Origin: Candidatus Omnitrophota bacterium
GTDB taxonomy: Bacteria > Ratteibacteria > UBA8468 > MWAK01
Assembly (NCBI GenBank): GCA_026387085.1
Contig: JAPLMK010000065.1
Coordinates: 1 to 51,120 of the forward strand
Length of the DNA: 51,120 nucleotides
Direction of reading: 5' to 3'
Positions within the stretch are counted from its first letter, which is position 1, and every line of letters starts with the position of its first letter. The notes below the pieces were generated by a model, which made no database searches, was not told the DNA's origin, and was given only the letters and a program-made list of their open reading frames with translations. Both the position numbers and the translations under genes were made by a program. This document shows, piece by piece, positions 8,323 through 16,790 of the stretch.

Positions 8323-8898
8323 TTACCGATATAAATCATGTTCAATGATATACTGCCGCACCGGTTCCGATACCAGGTACCGGATGGAACCGCCTTCCTT
8401 CATGCGTTGCCGGACATCATGCCCGGAAACTGAAAAAAAACCCATCGCTAATTCCTGAAACTTAACTCCTTCCGGCAAATTCTCCGGGTGCCTGGCATGT
8501 TCCCGGCCCGCAACCACAAAAGTAACCAACCGGGCCAAACTGTTAATTTTATACCAGGTGCCTATCTCTTGAAAAGCGTCCGCACCCAAAATCAGGTAGA
8601 ATTTCGCCTCGGAACCATACTGTTCTGAAAAGTGCCGTATCGTCTCGTAACTGAAAGACGGGCCCTGCCGTCTTATCTCAAAATCGGAAGCCGCAAACCG
8701 CGGATTACCTTCGATTGCCAGCAAAACCATCCGGTACCGGTCTTCGCCTGACGCTTCCGTCAGGCCCCGGTGGACCGGAACACCGGCCGGCACAAATAAG
8801 ACCTTTTCCAATCCGAGCGATTCCCGGGCCGTTTCCGCCACAACCAAGTGGCCGGCATGAATCGGGTCAAACGTTCCGCCTAAAATACCAATGTTCAT
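8323..8898 (-). CDS. nadD: nicotinate-nucleotide adenylyltransferase
   Basis: 191 aa. GGTFDPIHAGH nucleotidyltransferase motif; SVSGHDVRQR near the C-terminus. Confidence 0.9.
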   Translation of the reverse strand: MNIGILGGTFDPIHAGHLVVAETARESLGLEKVLFVPAGVPVHRGLTEASGEDRYRMVLLAIEGNPRFAASDFEIRRQGPSFSYETIRHFSEQYGSEAKFYLILGADAFQEIGTWYKINSLARLVTFVVAGREHARHPENLPEGVKFQELAMGFFSVSGHDVRQRMKEGGSIRYLVSEPVRQYIIEHDLYR

Positions 8899-9013
8899 AA
8901 AAAGGACATCAATGTAAAATTCAAAGTGTAAATTGTAAAATGCAAAATTATTTTGTTTAAGAAGTTCATTTTACATTTTGCAATCTGCATTCTGCAATTT
9001 GAAATATCTTGAT

Positions 9014-10270
9014 TTATGTCCGCACCTGCCCGTCCCCGTAAACTAAATATTTATACGAGGTTAATTCTTTCAGGCCCATCGGGCCGCGCGCGTGAATCTT
9101 GTCGGTGCTGATTCCTATTTCTGCGCCCAACCCGAATTCAAATCCGTCGGTAAACCTGGTGGATGCGTTATGGTAAATTGCGGCCGCGTCAACTTCCTTC
9201 AAAAACATTTCCGCAATTAGGTTATCGCCGGTGATAATAGCTTCCGAATGGCCGGTCCCATACGTATTAACCCAAAAAATCGCTTCTTCCGGAGAAGCGA
9301 CAACCTTAATGGCGATAGTCAGGTCAAGGAATTCGTTGCCCCAATCACTTTCCTGGGCAACCCGGGCCTGGGGAATAATCCTTCTGGTGTCCGGACAACC
9401 GCGCATTTCCACCCCTTTTTCCTGAAAAAGGCGCGCCATCTCCGGCAGGAAGTCCGGCGCAATATCCCGGTGGACCAAGAGCGTTTCGGTAGCGTTACAG
9501 GTAGCCGGCCGCTGCGTCTTGGCGTTCAGGGTAACCGACCAGGCCATATTCAGGTCCGCCGCTTTATCGACATAGGTGTGACAGACACCTTTATAGTGCT
9601 TAATAACCGGAATCTTGCTCTTTTCCACTACGGTCCTGATTAAGGACTCTCCGCCCCGGGGAATAACCAGGTTGATATACCCGGACAAAGAAAGAAGATA
9701 ATCAACCGCGGCGTGCTCCCGGCTCGCGACCAGGGAAACAGAGCCGGCTGGAAAGTTTGCTTTTTCCAAAGACTGCCGTAATATCTGCGCTAAAACAGTA
9801 TTGGTTTGCAGAGAATCGGACCCGCCCTTAAGAATTACCGCGTTGCCGCTTTTCAGGCAGAGGCCGGCCGCTTCCACGGTAACATCCGGCCGGGACTCAT
9901 AGATAATGGCAATGACCCCGATCGGAACAGCAACCTGTTTAACCAGAAGCCCGTTCGGTCTTTTATTTTCCGAAAGCAACCGGTTTAACGGGTCAGGCAA
10001 CTCCCGGACTGCGGAAAGAGCGTCCGCTGTCTTTCGGATATCCGCCTCAAAAAATCCAAGCCGGTCAAGATAAGCGCTGTTCCGGCCGGCTGCTTTCGCC
10101 TGCGCCAAATCTTCCCGGTTGGCCTCGACAACCTTCCCTTGCTGGTCGATAAGGGTTTTGCTTAAAAGCAAAAGGAGGCGGTTCCGCTGTTCGGCGGAGG
10201 CGTTGGCCAAAACAAGACTGGCCGCTTTTGCCGCTTTCGCCTGTTCTAATATCTCCCGATAAATAGGCAT
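9014..10270 (-). CDS. proA: glutamate-5-semialdehyde dehydrogenase (gamma-glutamyl phosphate reductase)
   Basis: The start is taken at ATG 10270 (MPIYREILEQAK); the 29-codon ORF-track extension runs through a GC hairpin. ALDH-fold blocks are present: IYESRPDV, NAKTQRPATCNATETLLVH, GHSEAI, NASTRFTDG. Confidence 0.9.
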   Translation of the reverse strand: MPIYREILEQAKAAKAASLVLANASAEQRNRLLLLLSKTLIDQQGKVVEANREDLAQAKAAGRNSAYLDRLGFFEADIRKTADALSAVRELPDPLNRLLSENKRPNGLLVKQVAVPIGVIAIIYESRPDVTVEAAGLCLKSGNAVILKGGSDSLQTNTVLAQILRQSLEKANFPAGSVSLVASREHAAVDYLLSLSGYINLVIPRGGESLIRTVVEKSKIPVIKHYKGVCHTYVDKAADLNMAWSVTLNAKTQRPATCNATETLLVHRDIAPDFLPEMARLFQEKGVEMRGCPDTRRIIPQARVAQESDWGNEFLDLTIAIKVVASPEEAIFWVNTYGTGHSEAIITGDNLIAEMFLKEVDAAAIYHNASTRFTDGFEFGLGAEIGISTDKIHARGPMGLKELTSYKYLVYGDGQVRT

Positions 10271-10327
10271 TTCATTCCTTCCCCTCCCCGCCTGCGGGGG
10301 AGGAACGGGTGGGGACAATACCACCTT

Positions 10328-10357
10328 ATTGTACTTTGCGCTCTCTGTTTTGGTCAA
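10328..10357 (-). promoter_or_regulatory. candidate sigma70-type promoter for proA-nadD
   Basis: On the minus strand: TTGACC (10357-10352), 18-nt spacer, TACAAT (10333-10328). The resulting 5' UTR contains the hairpin CCTCCCC-N7-GGGGAGG (10283-10303). Confidence 0.4.
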
Positions 10358-10387
10358 TTTTATCCTTTATTTGCATCCCCTTAATAT

Positions 10388-10416
10388 TTGACGCCGAATT
10401 TGTTTAGGGGTAAAAT
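10388..10416 (+). promoter_or_regulatory. candidate sigma70-type promoter for bamA (leaderless geometry)
   Basis: TTGACG (10388-10393), 17-nt spacer, TAAAAT (10411-10416). The bamA ATG is at 10423, only 6 nt after the -10, with no Shine-Dalgarno in between. Confidence 0.45.
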
Positions 10417-10422
10417 TATAGG

Positions 10423-12750
10423 ATGTGCAAAAAACTGTTTTTAGGGTTTTTATGCCTCTGTAGTATGGCCTTACTGTTGTCTTTGTTTCCGACAAACAAA
10501 TGCGGCGCGGCCGAACCGACGGTTCCAGGCCTGTCCGATAACAAGGTTATCTCTTTTGAAGTTACCGGCAATCAAACCATTTCCGCCGCGCGTATTGTAT
10601 TGCTGGTCCAGACCAAAGCCGGGCAGCCCTATTCGGAAGATGTCTTTTCCGAAGACATAAAACGTTTGCTGGCCACCGGGCTCTTCAGTGATGTCGTTCC
10701 CCGGGTGGAAGAGGTTTCCGCCGGTGTAAAAATAACCATCCAAGTCAAAGAAAATCCCACCATTAAAGAGATTAAATTTGCGGGCAACAAACGTTACAAC
10801 CGGAAGATTCTTCAAGACGAAAGCGGACTAACGGTGGGCCAGCTCTACGATAAAGCCAAAGCGCTGGAAGCAAAAAATAAAGTTGCCGACTATTATCTCA
10901 AAAAGGGATTCCTTTTTACGGAAGTTGAACTGAACGCCGTTGAAACATCTCCGGCGCAGGCCAGCTTAAACTTCACTGTCCGGGAAGGCGTTATCGCCCG
11001 GGTCACCAAAATTTCCATCTCCGGCAATAAATCGATAAAGCGGAGTAAAATTGAAAAAGTTTTAACCATCAAAAAACGAAACCCCCTGGTGCTCCGGCTC
11101 GGGACTTTCAAAGAAGAAGCGCTGAATAACGACCGGAACCAGATAGAAAAAATTTACAAGAAAGCCGGCTTTGCCGACGTAAAAGTGACGAGCGAAGTAA
11201 AACGATACAAGAAAACTTTAGAGGTTATTTACACCATCGAGGAAGGAAAGCGTTATACTCTGGGCGCAATGACTTTTTCCGGCAACCTGGTCTACCCGGA
11301 AGCAGAACTGCGAAAAATACTCTCTAAAAAAACCGGCAACCCATACAGCGAAGAAACGGTTGCTTTCGACGGAAATAATCTTGTCTCTTTTTATCGCGAC
11401 CGCGGATACCTCAAGTGCCAGGTGGAACCGGTAGCCGTTTATAATTCCGGCGCTAACGCGGTTGATCTTGCCTACCAGATAACTCCGGGCGGCATCATCG
11501 AAATAGAAGAGATTAATATTACCGGTAACAACCGCACCCGGGATAAAGTTCTCCGCCGGGAAATAAAATTAACACCCGGCGACATTTTTAACGGAGCCAA
11601 GCTGCGAAAATCGATGGACAACCTGCGGGACCTGAATTACTTTGAGGACGTTAGCGTTCAACCCCAGGAAGGTTCCGCCCCGGACAAAGCAAGGCTCGCC
11701 TTTAACGTCAAAGAAAAAGAACGCACCGGCAACCTCCTCTTCGGCCTGGGCTACAGCACCGTAGACGCGCTGGTCGGGTTCGTATCGGTGGAACAGACAA
11801 ACTTTGACTGGCGCAACCCGCCTTCATTTGTCGGCGGAGGCCAGAATTTACGCGTCTCCGCGGAATTTGGCGGCACGCGGCGTGGTTATTCCTTAAGCTT
11901 TTTTGAACCATACCTCAACAACTGGCCCTTGTCGTTCGGTTTCGACCTTTACAGCCGAAATAAGGATTGGGGCGAGTATGACGAGGAGCGGGTAGGGGCC
12001 GATTTACGCTTCGGCTGGAGGATTTCCGACTACTGGCGGTTCAGCCTTACCCCCCGGGTAGAAGACGTCACCATTTCCAATATTCAAGCAGGCGCGCCGG
12101 CCGAATATCTCCTGGAAAAAGGCAACAAGCAAAGCAATAGCATCACCGTTGCTCTCGCCCGCGACACCCGGGATTCTCGGCTCCGGACCACAACCGGGAC
12201 CAACCAGGAGATATCCTTAAAATACTTCGGTGACTTCCTGGGCGGAGAAAATAACTTCTGGAAGACCGAATATGAACTCACCTATTACCACCCGCTGCCT
12301 AAAAATTTTATCTTCTCCGCGCATACGCTGTTAGCTTACGCTTCCGGCCTGGATAAAGGGACTGACCTGCCGTTCTATGAGCGTTACTTCTGCGGCGGAG
12401 CCAAAACAGTGCGCGGTTACGCGGAACGTTCCCTGGGCCCGCTGTACACTGTCGGTCCTTTTGCCGGAGTGGCCCGGGGCGGCAACCTCATGACGGCGGC
12501 AAACATCGAGGTCTCCAAGCCAATTTACGAAAACATTTTAAGCCTTGTTTTCTTTGCCGATGCCGGGCAAACATTTTTGGGGTCAAGAACTTTTAAATTA
12601 TCCGAAATAAAAATCGGCGTTGGCGCCGGCGTGCGGATTAAAGTTCCCCTCTTTGCCATTCCAATAAAGTTAGATTACGGATACGCGTTGGACCCTTTGC
12701 CCGGAGAAAGCCCGGGGCGGTTGCATTTCACCATTGATTACTGGTTTTAA
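10423..12750 (+). CDS. bamA: outer membrane protein assembly factor BamA
   Basis: 775 aa. Signal peptide, repeated POTRA-like segments (e.g. VISFEVTGNQ, IKEIKFAGNK, VTKISISGNK, IEEINITGNN). C-terminal beta-barrel ends ...HFTIDYWF. Confidence 0.9.
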   Translation: MCKKLFLGFLCLCSMALLLSLFPTNKCGAAEPTVPGLSDNKVISFEVTGNQTISAARIVLLVQTKAGQPYSEDVFSEDIKRLLATGLFSDVVPRVEEVSAGVKITIQVKENPTIKEIKFAGNKRYNRKILQDESGLTVGQLYDKAKALEAKNKVADYYLKKGFLFTEVELNAVETSPAQASLNFTVREGVIARVTKISISGNKSIKRSKIEKVLTIKKRNPLVLRLGTFKEEALNNDRNQIEKIYKKAGFADVKVTSEVKRYKKTLEVIYTIEEGKRYTLGAMTFSGNLVYPEAELRKILSKKTGNPYSEETVAFDGNNLVSFYRDRGYLKCQVEPVAVYNSGANAVDLAYQITPGGIIEIEEINITGNNRTRDKVLRREIKLTPGDIFNGAKLRKSMDNLRDLNYFEDVSVQPQEGSAPDKARLAFNVKEKERTGNLLFGLGYSTVDALVGFVSVEQTNFDWRNPPSFVGGGQNLRVSAEFGGTRRGYSLSFFEPYLNNWPLSFGFDLYSRNKDWGEYDEERVGADLRFGWRISDYWRFSLTPRVEDVTISNIQAGAPAEYLLEKGNKQSNSITVALARDTRDSRLRTTTGTNQEISLKYFGDFLGGENNFWKTEYELTYYHPLPKNFIFSAHTLLAYASGLDKGTDLPFYERYFCGGAKTVRGYAERSLGPLYTVGPFAGVARGGNLMTAANIEVSKPIYENILSLVFFADAGQTFLGSRTFKLSEIKIGVGAGVRIKVPLFAIPIKLDYGYALDPLPGESPGRLHFTIDYWF

Positions 12751-12760
12751 AGGAGGAAAC

Positions 12761-13303
12761 ATGATGAAGAAATTTGCGCGGGTTGGTTTGTTGGTAGTTG
12801 TCGGACTGCTGCTCGTAAAAGGAATGGGCCGGGCCGAGGATGTAAAGGTTGGCGTCGTAGATGTCAATAAGATATTTTCCAGTTACACGAAAGTAACGGA
12901 AAATCAGGCGGAGTTTGATAAGTTCCGGGAAGAGCGCCAGGCAGACGTGCAGAAAAAAGCCGAAGCGGCCGACAAAGAGATTAAGCCCCTGCAGGAGAAA
13001 CTGGACAAGGGGGGCAAGGTCATGAAGAAAGAAGAATCGGACAAGCTCACGGCTGAAATTGAAAAGAAAAAACAGGACATCCTTAACCTCCAGCGGGACA
13101 TCTACCAGGAACTCCAGACAAAGAACCGCGAATTGGTTGAGGCGCGGGTAAAAGAGATTGAAGCCGCCATCGCCAAACTGGCCAAGGAAAACGGTTACAC
13201 GTTCGTCATCAACAAAGAAGCGGTTCTTTACTTCCCGGACACAGCCGACTTAAGCGCTCAGGTCATCACTGTCTTAAATAAACCGGCCGCGGTAAAGAAA
13301 TGA
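12761..13303 (+). CDS. skp: OmpH/Skp-family periplasmic chaperone
   Basis: ATG 12761 is preceded by AGGAGG (12751-12756). Signal peptide MMKKFARVGLLVVVGLLLV, then a K/E-rich coiled-coil. The position between bamA and lpxD is the conserved one. Confidence 0.8.
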   Translation: MMKKFARVGLLVVVGLLLVKGMGRAEDVKVGVVDVNKIFSSYTKVTENQAEFDKFREERQADVQKKAEAADKEIKPLQEKLDKGGKVMKKEESDKLTAEIEKKKQDILNLQRDIYQELQTKNRELVEARVKEIEAAIAKLAKENGYTFVINKEAVLYFPDTADLSAQVITVLNKPAAVKK

Positions 13304-13315
13304 TACTCGTAACCC

Positions 13316-14359
13316 ATGGGTAAAACAGTTAAACAATTAGCAGCTCTGGTTGGCGGAAAGGTTATCGGCGACGAGGACCTGGTTGTAAGCGGCGTCTCCG
13401 GTATCAAGGAAGCAAAGGCCGGCGAAATTACCTTTGTCGCCAACCGGAAATATTATTGCCTGATGGATAAGACCCACGCCTCGGCAATCCTGGTGCCGCC
13501 GGAGATAAAAGCCGGCAAGCGTACCTTGATTTCGGTTGACAACCCTTCGCTGGCTTTCGCGCGCATTGTTTCGCTTTTCGGGCCGGAAGCGGTCAAGGTC
13601 CCGCCTGGCATCCATCCTACCGCGATCGTCGGGGAAGGCGTGGTCCTGGGTAAAGACGTTTCCATCCAGCCCTACGTGGTGATTGAAGACCACGCCCGAA
13701 TCGGCGACCGGACCGTGCTCTGCGCCGGCGTCTACGTAGGGCACTACACCAGCATCGGAGACGACTGCCTGGTCTTCCCCCACGTTTCCATCCGGGAAAG
13801 AGTGGAGATCGGCAACCGCGTAATCATCCACGGAGGTACCGTCATCGGCGACGACGGTTTTGGTTTCGCTACCGTCAGCGGCATCCACCAGAAAATACCC
13901 CAAATCGGAACGGTGCGGATTGAAGATGATGTCGAAATCGGTTCCTGTGTCATCATCGACCGGGCGCGTTTTGACGCAACCCTGATTAAGCGCGGCGTTA
14001 AGATCGACAACCTGGTCCAGGTTGCCCACAACGTTACCATCGGCGAACACACTATTGTCGTGGCCCAGGTAGGCATCTCCGGCAGCGCCACCATCGGTAA
14101 AAACGTAATCATCGCCGGCCAGGCCGGGATTATCGGCCACGTCGATGTCGGGGATAACGTCATTATCGCCGGAAAAGCCGGCGTTACCAAAAATATTCCG
14201 GCCGGAAAAAAAGTTTCCGGTTTCCCGGCCCGGGAACATACCCAGGACATGAAGATTCAGGCCTATCTACACAAGCAACCCGAACTCTGGGAAAAAATTT
14301 CAGCCATGGAAGCCCGGCTCGCTAAATTGGAGAAAGATGGCCCAGCAGACAACCATTAA
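13316..14359 (+). CDS. lpxD: UDP-3-O-acylglucosamine N-acyltransferase
   Basis: 347 aa. N-terminal LpxD domain (LAALVGGKVIGDEDLVVSGVSGIKEAKAGEITFVAN), then a long left-handed beta-helix of hexapeptide repeats. Confidence 0.9.
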   Translation: MGKTVKQLAALVGGKVIGDEDLVVSGVSGIKEAKAGEITFVANRKYYCLMDKTHASAILVPPEIKAGKRTLISVDNPSLAFARIVSLFGPEAVKVPPGIHPTAIVGEGVVLGKDVSIQPYVVIEDHARIGDRTVLCAGVYVGHYTSIGDDCLVFPHVSIRERVEIGNRVIIHGGTVIGDDGFGFATVSGIHQKIPQIGTVRIEDDVEIGSCVIIDRARFDATLIKRGVKIDNLVQVAHNVTIGEHTIVVAQVGISGSATIGKNVIIAGQAGIIGHVDVGDNVIIAGKAGVTKNIPAGKKVSGFPAREHTQDMKIQAYLHKQPELWEKISAMEARLAKLEKDGPADNH

Positions 14360-15656
14360 AAAAGAAGTGTCTTTTCAAGGAAAAGGCCTTCATACCGCCC
14401 ACAAAGCGAAGGTAACTTTTAAGCCGGCTCCAAAAGATACCGGCCTTATTTTTGTGCGAACCGACCTGGCCGGCCGGCCGCAGGTCAAAGCAGAAATCGC
14501 CAACCTTCTGCCGGAAGAAAGGCGCTCCCGGCGTACTTCTATCGGTAACGGCCCGGCAGAAGTACACACCGTGGAACACATCCTGGCCACGGTGCTGGGG
14601 TTGGGCATTGACAATCTTTTAATTGAGATAGACAACGACGAGTTCCCCGGCGAAGACGGCAGCAGCAAGAATCTGGCCGAACTCCTCCTGAAGGCGGGCA
14701 TGGAAGAACAGCCGGCGCAACGGCGCGCGCTTCTTCTAAAAGAACCAATCTTCGTCAGCAATAACGACAGCCAGGTTATCGCGCTTCCGGCGCCGGAATT
14801 TAAAATCTCCTATACGCTGGACTATCCCGCGCCCCTGAATAGTCAGTTTGCCTCCTTCCCGATAAACCGCGAAACGTTTCTCCGTGAAATCGCGCCGGCC
14901 CGCACCTTCTGCCTCCAGGAAGAAGTTGACGCTCTGGTAAAAAGCGGTTTAGGCAAGGGTTCCAACTACAACAACACTATCGTTATCGGCGAAGATGGCG
15001 CAATCAACAACACTTTGCGTTTTAAAAACGAGATGGTGCGCCACAAGATTCTGGACCTTTTGGGCGACATCGGCCTGTTGGGCGCAAAGCCCCAGATGCA
15101 CGTTGTGGCAGTTCGGAGCGGACACAACCTTAACGTCCGTCTGGTCAACAAACTAATAGACATCAGCCACCGGGAAACTGCGGCCGGAGTCATTTCACCA
15201 GAAGCGGAAGCGGTTTCGGGCAAGGAATTCCTGGAAGCAGAGGATATCTTAAAAATTATTCCCCACCGCCATCCGTTCCTTTTTGTAGACCGAATCCTGA
15301 AAATCGAAGACGACAATACAATTATCGGGCTCAAAAATGTCTCGATTAACGAACCCTACTTCGCCGGACATTTTCCGGACCACCCGGTAATGCCCGGGGT
15401 CATTTTAATTGAAACAATGGCGCAGGTAGCCGCGTGTCTGATGCTGAGGAAAAAAGAAAACCGCAACAAGGTTGCCTATTTCGCCGCCATAGACAACGCC
15501 CGATTCCGGAATGCGGTCTTGCCCGGAGACCAGCTGCTTATCAAAGTAGCGTTGATAAAATTCCGCACCCGGATTGGCCAAGTACACGCCAAGGCCTTGG
15601 TAAACGGAAAGGTGGCGGCCGAGGCAGATTTGATGTTTGCCTTGTTGGAACGTTAG
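14337..15656 (+). CDS. lpxC/fabZ: bifunctional UDP-3-O-acyl-GlcNAc deacetylase / 3-hydroxyacyl-ACP dehydratase (LpxC-FabZ fusion)
   Basis: 439 aa. N-terminal LpxC blocks: QTTIKKEVSFQGKGLHTA, VHTVEHILA, MVRHKILDLLGD, VRSGHNLN. C-terminal FabZ hotdog: IPHRHPFLFVDRI, YFAGHFPDHPVMPGVILIE. It overlaps lpxD by 23 nt. Confidence 0.9.
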   Translation: MAQQTTIKKEVSFQGKGLHTAHKAKVTFKPAPKDTGLIFVRTDLAGRPQVKAEIANLLPEERRSRRTSIGNGPAEVHTVEHILATVLGLGIDNLLIEIDNDEFPGEDGSSKNLAELLLKAGMEEQPAQRRALLLKEPIFVSNNDSQVIALPAPEFKISYTLDYPAPLNSQFASFPINRETFLREIAPARTFCLQEEVDALVKSGLGKGSNYNNTIVIGEDGAINNTLRFKNEMVRHKILDLLGDIGLLGAKPQMHVVAVRSGHNLNVRLVNKLIDISHRETAAGVISPEAEAVSGKEFLEAEDILKIIPHRHPFLFVDRILKIEDDNTIIGLKNVSINEPYFAGHFPDHPVMPGVILIETMAQVAACLMLRKKENRNKVAYFAAIDNARFRNAVLPGDQLLIKVALIKFRTRIGQVHAKALVNGKVAAEADLMFALLER

Positions 15657-15818
15657 AAAATATGCAGAATTAACACGGCTCAAAAAAATCAGGTAGGTGA
15701 ATGTATAACAATTATTGAAGATTTTGCATGCCCTGCCGGAAACTACTACAAAAACGCGCTCCCCCTAAAACCGAAAAGTAAACGATAGGTCTTTTTGCGG
15801 TGTCGTCCCAGATTAAAA

Positions 15819-16688
15819 TTAACCCCCCAACCCCAGCAGCCGCGCGCAGTTGCGCCACTCAATTTTTTCCAGGGCGGCAACAGATAACTTTTTGGCCGCG
15901 CGCAACTCCCTGGCGTAGGCCACATTCGAACACACACCGGAAACATCACTGCGCAAACAGGAGTCCGTGCCGAACATCATCTTGTCTTGAAATTCGTCCA
16001 AAAACTCTATCCCGAAAGCCGGGTCTCGGGTGAGGGCGTTATGACCGCTGCCCGCGGAAGTATCTGCCCATAAGTTAGAGTATTGCCGCATCAAGCGGGG
16101 AACCGCGCCGCCCGGTTTAACCGGTCCGGTGGGATAGCCGCTACGAGCCGGCACCTCAGCGGATATCTCGGCCCAGAAAGTAGGTCCGTGCCCGATAAAA
16201 ATAGTACCGGGGCAAACCTGCAAAGCGTGTGCCAGTTTGGGTAACCCGTAATCGTCGCAAAGCCCATAACTGTGCGGTCCGTCCATCATATCAAAGAGCA
16301 CCGGCAGACCAAAGCTGCCTGCCTGCCGATAGAGATTAAGACAACGCGGGTCGTCAAAATCAAGTTTGGGCAGAAACTCGCCGAGCCCCTTGCACCCCCG
16401 CGCCTTGTATTCTTCCAGCAAGTGAGAAAAATCCATCTCCGGGTGATTACCGTAACGCGGGTCAATCAGGCAAAAGGGAATCAGCCGTTCCGGGTAGCGG
16501 GCACAGGCGGTGATGATGTCTTCGGTGTTGCACTCTAAATACGCCCCCTCCGGATGCTCGCTCAAAGGCAGAAGACAGGTCCGGTCAATGCCCCAGGCAT
16601 CCATCTTGGCGATCAGGTTGGTAACGTCAACGTACTCCCGTCGATCCATCGCAACACGGCCAATATGTCCATGAACATCAATTAACAT
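15819..16688 (-). CDS. amidohydrolase-family (TIM-barrel metal-dependent hydrolase) protein
   Basis: 289 aa. N-terminal MLIDVHGHIG (HxH), GHGPTFW, FGTDS near the C-terminus, as in Amidohydro_2-type proteins. Substrate unknown. Confidence 0.7.
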   Translation of the reverse strand: MLIDVHGHIGRVAMDRREYVDVTNLIAKMDAWGIDRTCLLPLSEHPEGAYLECNTEDIITACARYPERLIPFCLIDPRYGNHPEMDFSHLLEEYKARGCKGLGEFLPKLDFDDPRCLNLYRQAGSFGLPVLFDMMDGPHSYGLCDDYGLPKLAHALQVCPGTIFIGHGPTFWAEISAEVPARSGYPTGPVKPGGAVPRLMRQYSNLWADTSAGSGHNALTRDPAFGIEFLDEFQDKMMFGTDSCLRSDVSGVCSNVAYARELRAAKKLSVAALEKIEWRNCARLLGLGG

Positions 16689-16790
16689 CGCTTCCTCCGC
16701 TTTGGTTGTTGTTTTGTAATATTAAGATTATTTGTTACCTTGCATCGTTCCACCCGAAATTATACCATTCCCTTATACTTTAACACCACG

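Noticed and set aside
13337-14239. 300-aa ORF antisense to lpxD (Gly/Asp/Val-rich).
   Set aside because: It is the mirror image of the lpxD hexapeptide-repeat region. The periodic GC-rich repeats keep the opposite strand open, lpxD has clear family motifs, and the antisense product has none.
15797-15806. A shared 10-mer GCGGTGTCGT, here and at 26918-26927, both in intergenic DNA.
   Set aside because: In 51 kb, on the order of a thousand 10-mer coincidences are expected by chance, and the similarity does not extend convincingly beyond about 15 nt.
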